This document shows, piece by piece, positions 17,228-26,454 of a stretch of DNA of 30,627 nt; the stretch's first letter is position 1, and each line of letters opens with the position of its first letter. The translations under genes and the position numbers were made by a program. A model generated the notes under the pieces. It saw only the letters and a program-made list of their open reading frames with translations, ran no database searches and was not told the origin of the DNA. The DNA is from a virus (taxonomy: Duplodnaviria; Caudoviricetes): positions 1-30,627 of IMG/VR virus record IMGVR_UViG_3300043391_001325. One strand, 5' to 3'.

Positions 17228-19015
17228 ATGAAGCGTAAATTAATCAATTATGATGAATTCAAGAAGATGGAGAACGAGTCAGTATCCAGAGTTGAGAAGG
17301 AGCTAATCGAGGCCGAAGAGCTTCTTGCAACAATTCTTGAAACAGAAAAACTTGAACTCATGTTTTTTAATGAGTCAGAAGTTGTTTATAAAACAATAAA
17401 CGAAGATATCGTTCGTGCTAACTATAAACTAACCAAGAGCAATCTAAATCTAGAGAACATCGAAGAATTGGTAATCGATGAGGAGACAGAGAAGAATGAG
17501 TCAAAGAAACTCATCTCTGACATGATTGATAATCTTCTAGAAAATAAGGAAGAGGTTGCTGCCGAGGCTCTCAATGAGTATCTCAACATGCCATCAGTAA
17601 GAAGAAATCTAATCTCAGAGGGCTTCAAAGTTAAGTTGAGCAAGCCGACTGGCAGGAGAAGCAAATTATACCACAAGAAACAGCCAAGAAGCCTTGTTGC
17701 CAAACGTATTCGCAACATGATGAAAACAAAGAGAAAGCGTGCTAGCCTCAAGAATTATCTCAAGATGAAGACTTCCAGTGCCAAGCGTCGTCTCAAAAAC
17801 ATCACTAACCCAAGAGCTAGAATCTATGTTGTTAAGACCATGAAGGAATGGAATTCACTAACAGAAAACGTTCTCGGTTATGTAAACCACAAGGAAATGG
17901 GACACGTTTACAAAGAGTGCCTAGTTGAGCACAATGATAAAGGCGATGTTGTTGGAGTAAGAGTTCCAACAGTAGGCAAAGTAAACGAAGGCAAAGTATT
18001 AAGCTTTGACTGGAAGACTCTCGACACTGAAGTCAAGGTTCTCAGAAACAAAGGCAAGTGCCTAACAAAGAATGAGAATTTCATCAAGAATGTTGCTCAA
18101 ATCAAGAAGTATAACAATATTTCTGACAACAACATGCTCGAGACAAGCTTAGAGAATGCTGTTAAGAATTTCCCAGAAATAATTTATGTTACTCAAGACG
18201 AACTATCTTCTATGGTTAAAGAAGCCCTAGAGATGGTCGGAGCCAGAAATTTTGATGATAGAACATGCAGTTTCATTGCTGAGGGTCTACTAAGAACTGC
18301 TCACAATGCATATTCAGACCGTGTTGGCAAGATTACAAATCTAGCTGGCGCCGCAGTTTGTGAAGAGTGCGAAGACAAGTATGTAGAATTCAGAGATCTA
18401 ACAAACAAGTTCTACAAGTATCTTGATGAGTCAGCCAGTGCTGATCTCAAGGTTTTCGAAGATCTAGTTGAAGCTCTTGAGAATCTCAAAGTATTAGCTG
18501 AGAAACTCGGTGACAAGGAAATTGTTGCTGAAGCTTCTGAACTACTCGACGAGTGCATTCTAGTTGTTAATCAAGAGGAAGAGGTTGACGTTCAGCTTGC
18601 TGAGTTCGTTGCCAACTATCTCAAGAATATCTACGAGACTAATCTCGGAACTGAGGATTGGGCCGACGATATGCCAACAATGAGTGTTAATGGTGATCAT
18701 CCATCACTTAGCGAAAAGGCTAGAAAGAGCTACAGCCCAGCCAGTGATCTTGAAGACAAAAGAGTAGTTGATACTCCAGCCCCAGTTAGCGACGGCAAGA
18801 GTATTGTAAACGACCTAGATGATGAAATGAGAGATAATGCTTGGGGCAACGTTGGTGGTGACCACGTTTATCCAGCATTAAACAATCCTTATATTCCAGA
18901 TGCGATGGAATTCACGATGAAGGGCGAAAAGGGAGTTGATAAGGATGGTGAAGATCTCGGAACAAACCAAGGTAAAGATACTTGGCCAAATCTTCAGAAT
19001 CCTTTTGCCAAATAA
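17228..19015 (+). CDS. Large prohead core-like protein (position of T4 gp67/gp68)
   Basis: Directly upstream of the protease; acidic helical protein with a very basic internal segment; codon bias like the capsid genes. Start re-called to ATG 17228 (AGGGAG SD). Confidence 0.55.
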   Translation: MKRKLINYDEFKKMENESVSRVEKELIEAEELLATILETEKLELMFFNESEVVYKTINEDIVRANYKLTKSNLNLENIEELVIDEETEKNESKKLISDMIDNLLENKEEVAAEALNEYLNMPSVRRNLISEGFKVKLSKPTGRRSKLYHKKQPRSLVAKRIRNMMKTKRKRASLKNYLKMKTSSAKRRLKNITNPRARIYVVKTMKEWNSLTENVLGYVNHKEMGHVYKECLVEHNDKGDVVGVRVPTVGKVNEGKVLSFDWKTLDTEVKVLRNKGKCLTKNENFIKNVAQIKKYNNISDNNMLETSLENAVKNFPEIIYVTQDELSSMVKEALEMVGARNFDDRTCSFIAEGLLRTAHNAYSDRVGKITNLAGAAVCEECEDKYVEFRDLTNKFYKYLDESASADLKVFEDLVEALENLKVLAEKLGDKEIVAEASELLDECILVVNQEEEVDVQLAEFVANYLKNIYETNLGTEDWADDMPTMSVNGDHPSLSEKARKSYSPASDLEDKRVVDTPAPVSDGKSIVNDLDDEMRDNAWGNVGGDHVYPALNNPYIPDAMEFTMKGEKGVDKDGEDLGTNQGKDTWPNLQNPFAK

Positions 19016-19036
19016 ATATAAAGGAGAAAAATAATA

Positions 19037-19717
19037 ATGTTAAAAGATCAAATGCTATTCGTAGATAGCTGCAGTGGCGGTGGGTTCAATATGGACCTAA
19101 ATGAAAGCGTTACGGATAAAGGTTTAACCAGATTCCGTGGTAAATTTCAAGAAGCTGAAGCTATTAATAAAAACAAAAGAATATATCCTTTTGAAGTTCT
19201 CAGTGAGAACGTCAAAAAACTTAATGAATGTGTAAAGCACAGAGGTTTGATTGGTGAGTTAGATCACCCAACCGACAGCATCATACATTTTGAAAAAGCT
19301 AGCCATGTTATCACTAAACTTTGGTGGGATGGCAATGTCCTCATGGGCGAAGGCGAAATACTCAACACACCTCATGGCAAAATACTAAGAAGTCTTTTGA
19401 ATGATGGTGTTAGAGTTGGCATCAGCAGCAGAGGTGTTGGTAATGGAAAAGTAAACGAAAATGGAGTATTAGTTATCGGTGAAAGTTATAAACTTATAAC
19501 TTTTGACGCAGTAGCTGATCCAAGTACTTTCGCAGCTTTTCAAGAGAAAGTTAAGGATAAGAAGGAAAGTGTAGAAATTTCTCCTGCGGATGGAGAAATT
19601 CCTGCAAAAAATGAAAGTAGCGGCATATATACTGTTAATAAAGAAGCGTTAATTGCTTGTTTAGGAACAATAATCGAAAATTCAACCAATTCATTAAAGC
19701 GAGGTTTAGGCTCATGA
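19037..19717 (+). CDS. gp21: Prohead protease (T4 gp21-like)
   Basis: N.N.RIYP, GELDHP, SHVI, ILNTP.G, VGISSRG.G, FDAVADPS. Confidence 0.95.
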   Translation: MLKDQMLFVDSCSGGGFNMDLNESVTDKGLTRFRGKFQEAEAINKNKRIYPFEVLSENVKKLNECVKHRGLIGELDHPTDSIIHFEKASHVITKLWWDGNVLMGEGEILNTPHGKILRSLLNDGVRVGISSRGVGNGKVNENGVLVIGESYKLITFDAVADPSTFAAFQEKVKDKKESVEISPADGEIPAKNESSGIYTVNKEALIACLGTIIENSTNSLKRGLGS

Positions 19718-20604
19718 ACAAAATTAAAGAAGCACTAGAAAAACTCTTACCTGCTGATCAGATTCAAGAGGTAAGTTCAGCAATTGAGGAAATGTTAAAG
19801 GATGCAAAGTCAGAACTAGAGACTGAATTTAATTCCAAATTGGAGGAGGCCTACGCCGAAGTTTCCAATGAACTAAAGTCAGCTGAGAATACAGCAGAAG
19901 AGGGCTACACAGAAGCCTATGCCATCATCTCGGAACTCAGAAACCGTCTTGAGGTTCAAGGCGAGGAGTATGAAGCCTCTCTAGAAGAGGGCTACGAGGA
20001 AGCTTATCAAATGCTCAAAGAGGAGAGAAGCAAGAATAATAATCTTGAAGTATCTCTTTACGAAGAGTATGACAAGAAGCTTGGTGAGATGAAAGAATAT
20101 ATCGTTGACAAAGTAGACCAGTTCCTACAGTTCAAGGGCGCTGAGATCTATGAACAAGCCAAGAAAGATGTTCTTGCTGATCCAAGAACTGTCGAGCACA
20201 GAAATGCATTTGACAAGATTGTTGATATCACAAGTGAATATCTAAGTGATGACGATTACGCAAGTGTTAGTTCTGCCAAGGTTGATGAAGCCAAGAAGCA
20301 GATTGATGACCTCAAGGGTCAAATCAAGTTGCTAGAGGCAAGAAGCATAAGACTCTCAACAGAAAATACAAAATTAACCGAAACTGTTCGCTACGCTCAC
20401 GCTGCTATTAATGAGCAAGTACAAGCTGGTGAAAAGAAGGCTAAGACTGTAAATGAAATGAAAGAAAGAACCGAAAAGAGTAAGAATGTAATGGGGAGAG
20501 GACAAGTAGTCGCTGGCGAAGCCATTATTGCGGAAAATAATGGTACTCAACACGACTTTAACGATTTGCACGTTTTAGCTGGTATTAAAAAGATCGAAGA
20601 CTGA
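19714..20604 (+). CDS. gp22: Prohead scaffold protein (T4 gp22-like)
   Basis: Glu-rich coiled coil between protease and MCP; VDKVDQFL motif; C-terminal LAGI; ATGA overlap and GAGGT SD. Confidence 0.75.
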   Translation: MNKIKEALEKLLPADQIQEVSSAIEEMLKDAKSELETEFNSKLEEAYAEVSNELKSAENTAEEGYTEAYAIISELRNRLEVQGEEYEASLEEGYEEAYQMLKEERSKNNNLEVSLYEEYDKKLGEMKEYIVDKVDQFLQFKGAEIYEQAKKDVLADPRTVEHRNAFDKIVDITSEYLSDDDYASVSSAKVDEAKKQIDDLKGQIKLLEARSIRLSTENTKLTETVRYAHAAINEQVQAGEKKAKTVNEMKERTEKSKNVMGRGQVVAGEAIIAENNGTQHDFNDLHVLAGIKKIED

Positions 20605-20649
20605 ATGGATTCTACTGGCTAATCAATTTTTAAAAGAAAGTAAAGAAAA

Positions 20650-22074
20650 ATGAATATTAATGCAAGATTTCTCAACGAAGCTAAGGAGTTAGAAGGTCGT
20701 TGGAAGAAAACCGGCTTGTTGGAGGGCATCGAAGATCGTTACGTCCGATCCACCACAGCCGTTCTTCTCGAGAACCAGAGACTCATCAATGAAGTTTCAA
20801 CCGACACAGGTGACGTTGCTCAATTCAAGAGAATTAGCATCCCACTCGTTCGCAGAGTTTACCCACAGTTGATTGCAAACAAGCTCGTTTCGGTCCAGCC
20901 ATTGCTCGGCCCAACCGGTCTAGTTTACTATCTCCGTTTTAGATACGGCAGCAACAAGGGTGCTGTTCGTGGAGCCTCTAAGGGCGGATTCCCAGGCGAT
21001 GATGTTAACTCACTACAGCAGTTAGCTGATGGTACAGCCAATCTCGACGTCTTCTACTCTCACCAGTTCATTCAGAACGAGAGCCATGTTGACGCCGGTG
21101 GCACAACCACTGCTTTCACTGTTGAGCACATTCCAGTTATCGCTGGCACAATGACCGGTACAGTTTATGACGGTGCAGTTGTTGTTAACACTTTCGTTGT
21201 TGCCGCTGGTGGCACAATGACCGTTGCTGACGTTGGAACACCAACCAACAAGGTAACAAGTGGTACACTTGATCCAACAACCGGTGCCGTTAGCTTGACT
21301 TGGAACAATGATCCAAGTGCCAACACCGTAGTTGTATCATATGAGTACAACATGGAAGGCAACAGTGATATGCCCGAGATCAATCTCGCCATCGAGAGCG
21401 AAGAGATTGCAGCCAAGACTCGTAAACTGAAGGCAGTTTGGAGCTATGAGGCTCAGCAAGATCTACGTTCACAGCACAACCTCGACGCCGAGGCTGAGCT
21501 AACTGCCGTTCTTGCTCAGGAAATCAATCTAGAAATCGATCGTGAAGTTCTAGGTGACCTCCGCAATAACGCCGGTACCGTCAGTGCTTGGGACTATGCC
21601 ACCGCCCTCGGTGATACAGTCAAGGAACGCTACGAGAGTCTATACGTTAAGGTTGTTGAAGTCAGCAACGTAATTCATCGTAAGACACTACGTGGTGGTG
21701 CCAATTGGTTAGTAACAAGTCCAGAAGTAGCTTCAGTATTCGAAACCGCTACAGCCGGTTTCGCTCCAGCTCCTTCAGAGACTTTCACTAGCTCACTCGG
21801 CATCCAGTATGTCGGAACTGTGAACAATCGTTGGAGACTCTATAAGGACCCACTGTTCCCAACAGGTCAAATCCTAATGGGATATAAGGGCGACAGCTAC
21901 ATGGACAGCGGATACTTCTACTGCCCATACGTGCCACTCACCCAGACTCCAGTAGTCCTTGATCCAGATTCCTTCACACCAAGAAAAGGACTGTTAACAA
22001 GGTATGGGAAGAAGTTGCTTAGAGAGGGAGCAAAGTTCTATGCTCGCCTAAATATCGCCAATTTTATCGTGTAA
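20650..22074 (+). CDS. gp23: Major capsid protein (T4 gp23-like)
   Basis: LLENQ, IPLVRR..P.L.A...VSVQP..GPTGL, AKTRKLKA.WS.E..QDL...H..DAE.EL, EI.RE, YCPYVPL, F.P..G..TRYG. Confidence 0.97.
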   Translation: MNINARFLNEAKELEGRWKKTGLLEGIEDRYVRSTTAVLLENQRLINEVSTDTGDVAQFKRISIPLVRRVYPQLIANKLVSVQPLLGPTGLVYYLRFRYGSNKGAVRGASKGGFPGDDVNSLQQLADGTANLDVFYSHQFIQNESHVDAGGTTTAFTVEHIPVIAGTMTGTVYDGAVVVNTFVVAAGGTMTVADVGTPTNKVTSGTLDPTTGAVSLTWNNDPSANTVVVSYEYNMEGNSDMPEINLAIESEEIAAKTRKLKAVWSYEAQQDLRSQHNLDAEAELTAVLAQEINLEIDREVLGDLRNNAGTVSAWDYATALGDTVKERYESLYVKVVEVSNVIHRKTLRGGANWLVTSPEVASVFETATAGFAPAPSETFTSSLGIQYVGTVNNRWRLYKDPLFPTGQILMGYKGDSYMDSGYFYCPYVPLTQTPVVLDPDSFTPRKGLLTRYGKKLLREGAKFYARLNIANFIV

Positions 22075-22100
22075 TTTTACACCATAATTTGCAAAACAAG

Positions 22101-22133
22101 AACCCTGTGGTCGAAAGATCACAGGGTTTTTTT
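22101..22133 (+). terminator. Intrinsic terminator after the MCP gene
   Basis: AACCCTGTGGTC-GAAA-GATCACAGGGTT followed by a T-run. Confidence 0.9.
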
Positions 22134-22160
22134 ATTTTTGGAGACTAGGGCAAAATTCTA

Positions 22161-22189
22161 TTGCGTGTAATTTTGTTTTATGATACTAT
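22161..22189 (+). promoter_or_regulatory. Sigma70-like promoter for the endonuclease cassette
   Basis: TTGCGT-17-TACTAT; AGGAG SD near 22198. Confidence 0.5.
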
Positions 22190-22208
22190 ACTGATATAGG
22201 AGAACAGC

Positions 22209-22574
22209 ATGTATCAAATTAAATGTCCCGACTGTGGCGAGGGAAGAACTGTGAAGGCAAAAAAGAAATGGATGAAGAATGAGCCTCCATTTTTAAAGAT
22301 ATGTAAAAGTTGTTGCCAGATAGGTAAAGAAAAAACTCCAGAGTGTCGTGCAAAACTTTCTGAGGCCATAAAAGCCATTCAAACCGAAGATGTTATTAAT
22401 AAAAAGAGTCAATTTATGAAAGATCATCCTGAAATCTGGGAGAGTAATCTTATTTTTGGATACTCGGCAGGATGGAATAAGGGTCTGAAGATGCCCAAAT
22501 CGTCAGAGGACAAAAAACAAAAAATATCAGAGTCGATGAAAAACACACTCGAAGAGAAAAATAAAAACAAATGA
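22209..22574 (+). CDS. Zn-finger/NUMOD3-like DNA-binding protein (endonuclease-associated)
   Basis: CPDC..CKSC; KTPECRAKLSEA and WNKG...SEDKKQKISESMK NUMOD3-like motifs; no nuclease core seen. Confidence 0.65.
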   Translation: MYQIKCPDCGEGRTVKAKKKWMKNEPPFLKICKSCCQIGKEKTPECRAKLSEAIKAIQTEDVINKKSQFMKDHPEIWESNLIFGYSAGWNKGLKMPKSSEDKKQKISESMKNTLEEKNKNK

Positions 22575-23704
22575 ATATCGAAGAATTTGAAATTAAATAC
22601 GGAGAATATGGCTTTAGAGACAAAATCTCCGTATTTTGCAGCGTTGAAGGCTGTGAAAATCATATGTTAACAAACAAGGACTCAGCTGCCAGAAATATAA
22701 AAAAGCATGGAACATTCAAGTGCAGAACTTGTTGTTACACAGAGGAGGGAAAAAAAAGAATATCAGAGTCTACATCTTATAAACGTTCGCCAGAAACATG
22801 CAGGAAAATGGCAGAAGCAAAAATAGCTTTTTATCTTACCGAAGAAGGAAAGAAACTTAAGAAGAAACTCTCTGTGCTAACAGCAGAAAACCATTCAGTA
22901 CATAAATATGATAAGTCCAAAAGAAGAGGGGTGTTTGAATCTAAAAAAACGGGCAGGAAACTTTCCTATGATTCTTCATATGAGCTTAGGCTTTGCTGGC
23001 TCTTGGACTCCGATGAGACAGTATTAGATTTTGAAACTCAACTAGGATTTCAAATAAACGGAAGAGGTAGATGTTTAGATTGTCTTGTGACTTATAAAAG
23101 TGGCAGGAAAAAAGTAATTGAAATGAAGCCTAAGCAAAGAATAGATGAGTTTAAAAATCAAATAGAAGATACCAAAGAATATGCCAATCAGAATAATTGG
23201 GACTTTCAATTAATGACAGAAGATGATTTGGGAATGAACTATAAACAGATCAGATTATGGGCAGATGATTATAGAACAGAGAATACCGGAATTGATTATC
23301 ATGAATATAGAAAAGAAAATAATAGAAAAAAAGCCAAAAAACACTATCACGAAAAAATAGCTTTAGATAAAGTTAATGTTTATTGTGAATATTGTAAAGA
23401 AAATCATTCTGTTTTAAGGAAAAGCTATGATGGTAATATAAAAAGAAACGGAAAATACATCTGCGAAAAAGAAGGGGGGCACATATCAGGAAGTAAGCCT
23501 AAACCACATTTGATTAAAGAAAATCCTTATGCAAAGGAAGGCAAAAAGCAATGTAAAAAGTGCAACGAAATAAAACTTTTTGAACTTTTTAATAAAGATA
23601 AATCGAGAAGAGATGGATATAGAGAGTATTGCAAAGATTGCGAATCAATTAAACAAAAAGAAAAGTATAAAAAACTAAAGGAAAAAAATGACTGTAAAAT
23701 TTAA
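22571..23704 (+). CDS. TnsA-N-like PD-(D/E)xK endonuclease with NUMOD3 and Zn fingers (putative free-standing homing endonuclease)
   Basis: G.FESKK......YDSSYEL.....LD..E.V..FE.Q...DCLVTY.......IEMKP; C-terminal KQCKKC..K....F.....RDG....CKDC. Confidence 0.75.
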   Translation: MNIEEFEIKYGEYGFRDKISVFCSVEGCENHMLTNKDSAARNIKKHGTFKCRTCCYTEEGKKRISESTSYKRSPETCRKMAEAKIAFYLTEEGKKLKKKLSVLTAENHSVHKYDKSKRRGVFESKKTGRKLSYDSSYELRLCWLLDSDETVLDFETQLGFQINGRGRCLDCLVTYKSGRKKVIEMKPKQRIDEFKNQIEDTKEYANQNNWDFQLMTEDDLGMNYKQIRLWADDYRTENTGIDYHEYRKENNRKKAKKHYHEKIALDKVNVYCEYCKENHSVLRKSYDGNIKRNGKYICEKEGGHISGSKPKPHLIKENPYAKEGKKQCKKCNEIKLFELFNKDKSRRDGYREYCKDCESIKQKEKYKKLKEKNDCKI

Positions 23705-24104
23705 GTTAGATCTTATTAAGAAAGAAGTTGATAAAAGCGAAGAGTATGGAGTTCCTGTAAAAGAAACTCGTTGGTTCGTGGAAACTAATGACGGTTTTGA
23801 CGGAACTGCGAACGGTTACGGCTACAAAACTCCACAAGCTGTTTGTCGTGCGTATTCATATTTTAAAAATAAAGATCAAAGAAAAGCAGAATTTAAAATT
23901 ATTCAAAAGTTCTTAAAAGATAACCCTGATGTTAGAAAAATGATAAATAATTATATGGACGCTGATTGGGTGATTGATAGGCAAAAAGATGGAGAAGACT
24001 CAACAATTAAAAATATGATCGAAATCATGAAAGAAAAATATCCTAAAGGTGTTGAGAAGCTTGAAGAAAACAAAAATTTGTGGAAACTTTTGTTGAGATA
24101 TTAA
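23688..24104 (+). CDS. Hypothetical protein
   Basis: 138 aa, AAGGA SD; D.ANGYGYKT motif. Confidence 0.6.
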   Translation: MTVKFKLDLIKKEVDKSEEYGVPVKETRWFVETNDGFDGTANGYGYKTPQAVCRAYSYFKNKDQRKAEFKIIQKFLKDNPDVRKMINNYMDADWVIDRQKDGEDSTIKNMIEIMKEKYPKGVEKLEENKNLWKLLLRY

Positions 24105-24169
24105 TTTCACGATATAATCGCACCAGCACCTATTGAAACAAAATTGAAAATACATTACTATATAATGTT

Positions 24170-25810
24170 ATGATAAAAAACATTAAAAATTTCGAAGATT
24201 CTTCAAAAAAAGAAAAGATAGAATGCATTTGTGATTATTGTGGAAATGATTTTAAAAGAACTAAACACAATATTGAACGATCATACATTAATTCAAACAA
24301 AGACTCTTGTGCAAATAAAGAGTGTGTTCAAAAGAAAAGAATAGAGGTATTTAATTTAAAATATGGATGTGATAACCCCTTCCAATCAAAAGAAATTAAA
24401 CAAAAAATAATTAATAAAAATATAGAAAAATATGGTGTTTCTAATCCCTCTCAAAATGAAGATATAAAGAAAAAACAACAAGACACATGTTTTAATAAAT
24501 ATGGTGTAGAAAATCCATTTCAGTCCGAGGAGATTAAATATAAGATTGAAAAACAAAATCTTGAGCTTTATGGAGTTAAAAATAGTTTTCAAAGAAAAGA
24601 AATTCAAGAAAAACAAAAAATAACTATAAAAAAGAAATATAAAACAGATCACTATTCTAAAACTAGTGATTATAAAAAGAAAATCATTGAGACAAATCTA
24701 AATCGCTATGGTGTGGAGCAAACTTTTATGTCTCCTGAGATTCAAGAAAAAATTAAACAAACAAACATAGAAAGATATGGTGTTGAGAATCCTTTAGCGA
24801 ACAAAGAGATTCAAGAAAAAATAAAAAAAACTTGCATAGAATTATTTGGTGTTGAAAATCCTATGAGCAATCCAATTATTTTTAATAAAATGATTGAAAC
24901 CTGCATAAATGAATATGGCAAATTTCCGGTCCATAAGTATGGAAAAACACAAAATGAAATTAAAGATTGGCTAAATAGTTTTGGATTTAATTTTTCATCA
25001 AACCACACTGTGTTGGATGGCAAAGAATTAGATATGTTGGATGATAAATTAAAAATAGCAATAGAATATTGTGGACTACATTGGCATAATGAATGTTCGC
25101 CAGAACCAAGAAATCATAATTATCACTTAAGCAAGCATATCAAGTGTCTTGAAAAGGATATACAGCTTCTGACTATATTTGAGGATGAATGGAAACTTCG
25201 ACAAAATCAATGTAAATCTCACATTAAATCAATATTAGGAGTATCATCTAAAAAGATTTTCGCCAGGAAGTGTGAAATTAAAGAAATTTCTAAATCAGAT
25301 GCCAAAAACTTTTTTAACTCTTATCATATTCAGGGATCAAATAAACTTGGAGTAATATTCTATGGATTATTCTTTGAAGACGCCCTGTGTGCTGCTATGA
25401 GCTTAGGTAGGCACAGCAGACAAATTGATGCATCTAAGAAAGAGATAACATTAGATAGACTTTGCTTTAAAGATGGCATACAAATTGTTGGTGGTGCAAG
25501 TAAATTATTCTCCAGGTGTTCAGAATGGGCGGAAAATAATGGCTACAAAAAGATAATCAGCTTTAGTGATAATCGTTGGAGCTTGGGTAAGGTGTATGAA
25601 AGAATGGGATTCCTTTTAGAAAAGGAGTATAAACCTGATTACAGCTATATAGAAGTTAATAATGCCAGGAAGAGGATTAGTAAACAAAGTCAGAAGAAAA
25701 ACATAACAAATTGCCCTCAAGAACTAACTGAACATTCTTGGGCTCTGCAGAGAGGTTTAGCAAGAATTTATGATTGTGGCAAGAAAAGATGGGCATTTGA
25801 ATTATCTTAA
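24170..25810 (+). CDS. Hef-like putative homing endonuclease with KYGVxNP repeats
   Basis: About 9 (K/R)YG(V/C)xNP-type repeats; Vsr/EDxHD-like core ELD....KIAIEYCGLHWH...LLTIFEDEW; C-terminal GGASKLF..ISFSDNR.S.G..Y...GF..PDY.Y..RIYDCG. Confidence 0.8.
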   Translation: MIKNIKNFEDSSKKEKIECICDYCGNDFKRTKHNIERSYINSNKDSCANKECVQKKRIEVFNLKYGCDNPFQSKEIKQKIINKNIEKYGVSNPSQNEDIKKKQQDTCFNKYGVENPFQSEEIKYKIEKQNLELYGVKNSFQRKEIQEKQKITIKKKYKTDHYSKTSDYKKKIIETNLNRYGVEQTFMSPEIQEKIKQTNIERYGVENPLANKEIQEKIKKTCIELFGVENPMSNPIIFNKMIETCINEYGKFPVHKYGKTQNEIKDWLNSFGFNFSSNHTVLDGKELDMLDDKLKIAIEYCGLHWHNECSPEPRNHNYHLSKHIKCLEKDIQLLTIFEDEWKLRQNQCKSHIKSILGVSSKKIFARKCEIKEISKSDAKNFFNSYHIQGSNKLGVIFYGLFFEDALCAAMSLGRHSRQIDASKKEITLDRLCFKDGIQIVGGASKLFSRCSEWAENNGYKKIISFSDNRWSLGKVYERMGFLLEKEYKPDYSYIEVNNARKRISKQSQKKNITNCPQELTEHSWALQRGLARIYDCGKKRWAFELS

Positions 25811-26005
25811 TCCCTCAACATCTCCCCTTTGAAGTCTGGACCGAGATGAATCTTTTTGGTCACGTTTACAACAAGAAAAACGTGAACAGATTTATAGAAA
25901 AAATTAAGAAGGGGTTGGCATAGATATATTTAATCCACCTGGTAAAGTTGGCTGAAAAAGTAAATTATATATGCAGACTAGGGGGATAAAAGCATATATA
26001 TTATT

Positions 26006-26419
26006 ATGAATAACAAACCCCCAATGAATCTCGAGAATCTACCTGGATACTTAGACTCTCTTAGAAAAAGTGGAAAGACAGACGAAGATCTTGTTGTCGA
26101 TATGGGGCGAATAGTTGAGCCCCCAAGATCTTCTATCAATTGGTTTAGACCTACTGCTTTTGCACTAGCCTTTTGTTTATTTTTAATTGTTGGGATTTCA
26201 TATAATAGTTTTTCTGAGAGTAGTGTTATGGTTGTTTTAGACAACCCAGAGAGTATCTCGGAAATGGTATCCTCTAGTGGTGGAACTATTATTAGTGTTA
26301 AACAAAACTCTGACAGTTCTTATGAGGTTAAGATAGATAAACTAAAAAATGTTAAGTCTTTTATTGAAAGTTTACGCAAAAACAAAGATGTTAAAAAGGT
26401 AGAAAAAATAAGTTTTTGA
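26006..26419 (+). CDS. Single-pass membrane protein
   Basis: TM segment TAFALAFCLFLIVGI followed by a small alpha/beta domain; TATATA-N5-ATG. Confidence 0.65.
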   Translation: MNNKPPMNLENLPGYLDSLRKSGKTDEDLVVDMGRIVEPPRSSINWFRPTAFALAFCLFLIVGISYNSFSESSVMVVLDNPESISEMVSSSGGTIISVKQNSDSSYEVKIDKLKNVKSFIESLRKNKDVKKVEKISF

Positions 26420-26454
26420 AGCATACATAAATTATCTTATTTTGGAGGAAAATT

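Noticed and set aside
19657-19713. Longer starts in the ORF track (19657, 17183, 13959, 12993, 3699)
   Set aside because: Downstream ATGs have better SD sequences or stop-start coupling.
20650-22074. Intein or intron in the MCP or terminase
   Set aside because: Frames are continuous, lengths are normal and there are no splicing motifs; the MCP's beta-rich middle fits an ordinary insertion domain.
22571-23704. Tn7-like transposon
   Set aside because: Only a TnsA-N-like domain; no TnsB/C/D, terminal repeats or target duplication seen.
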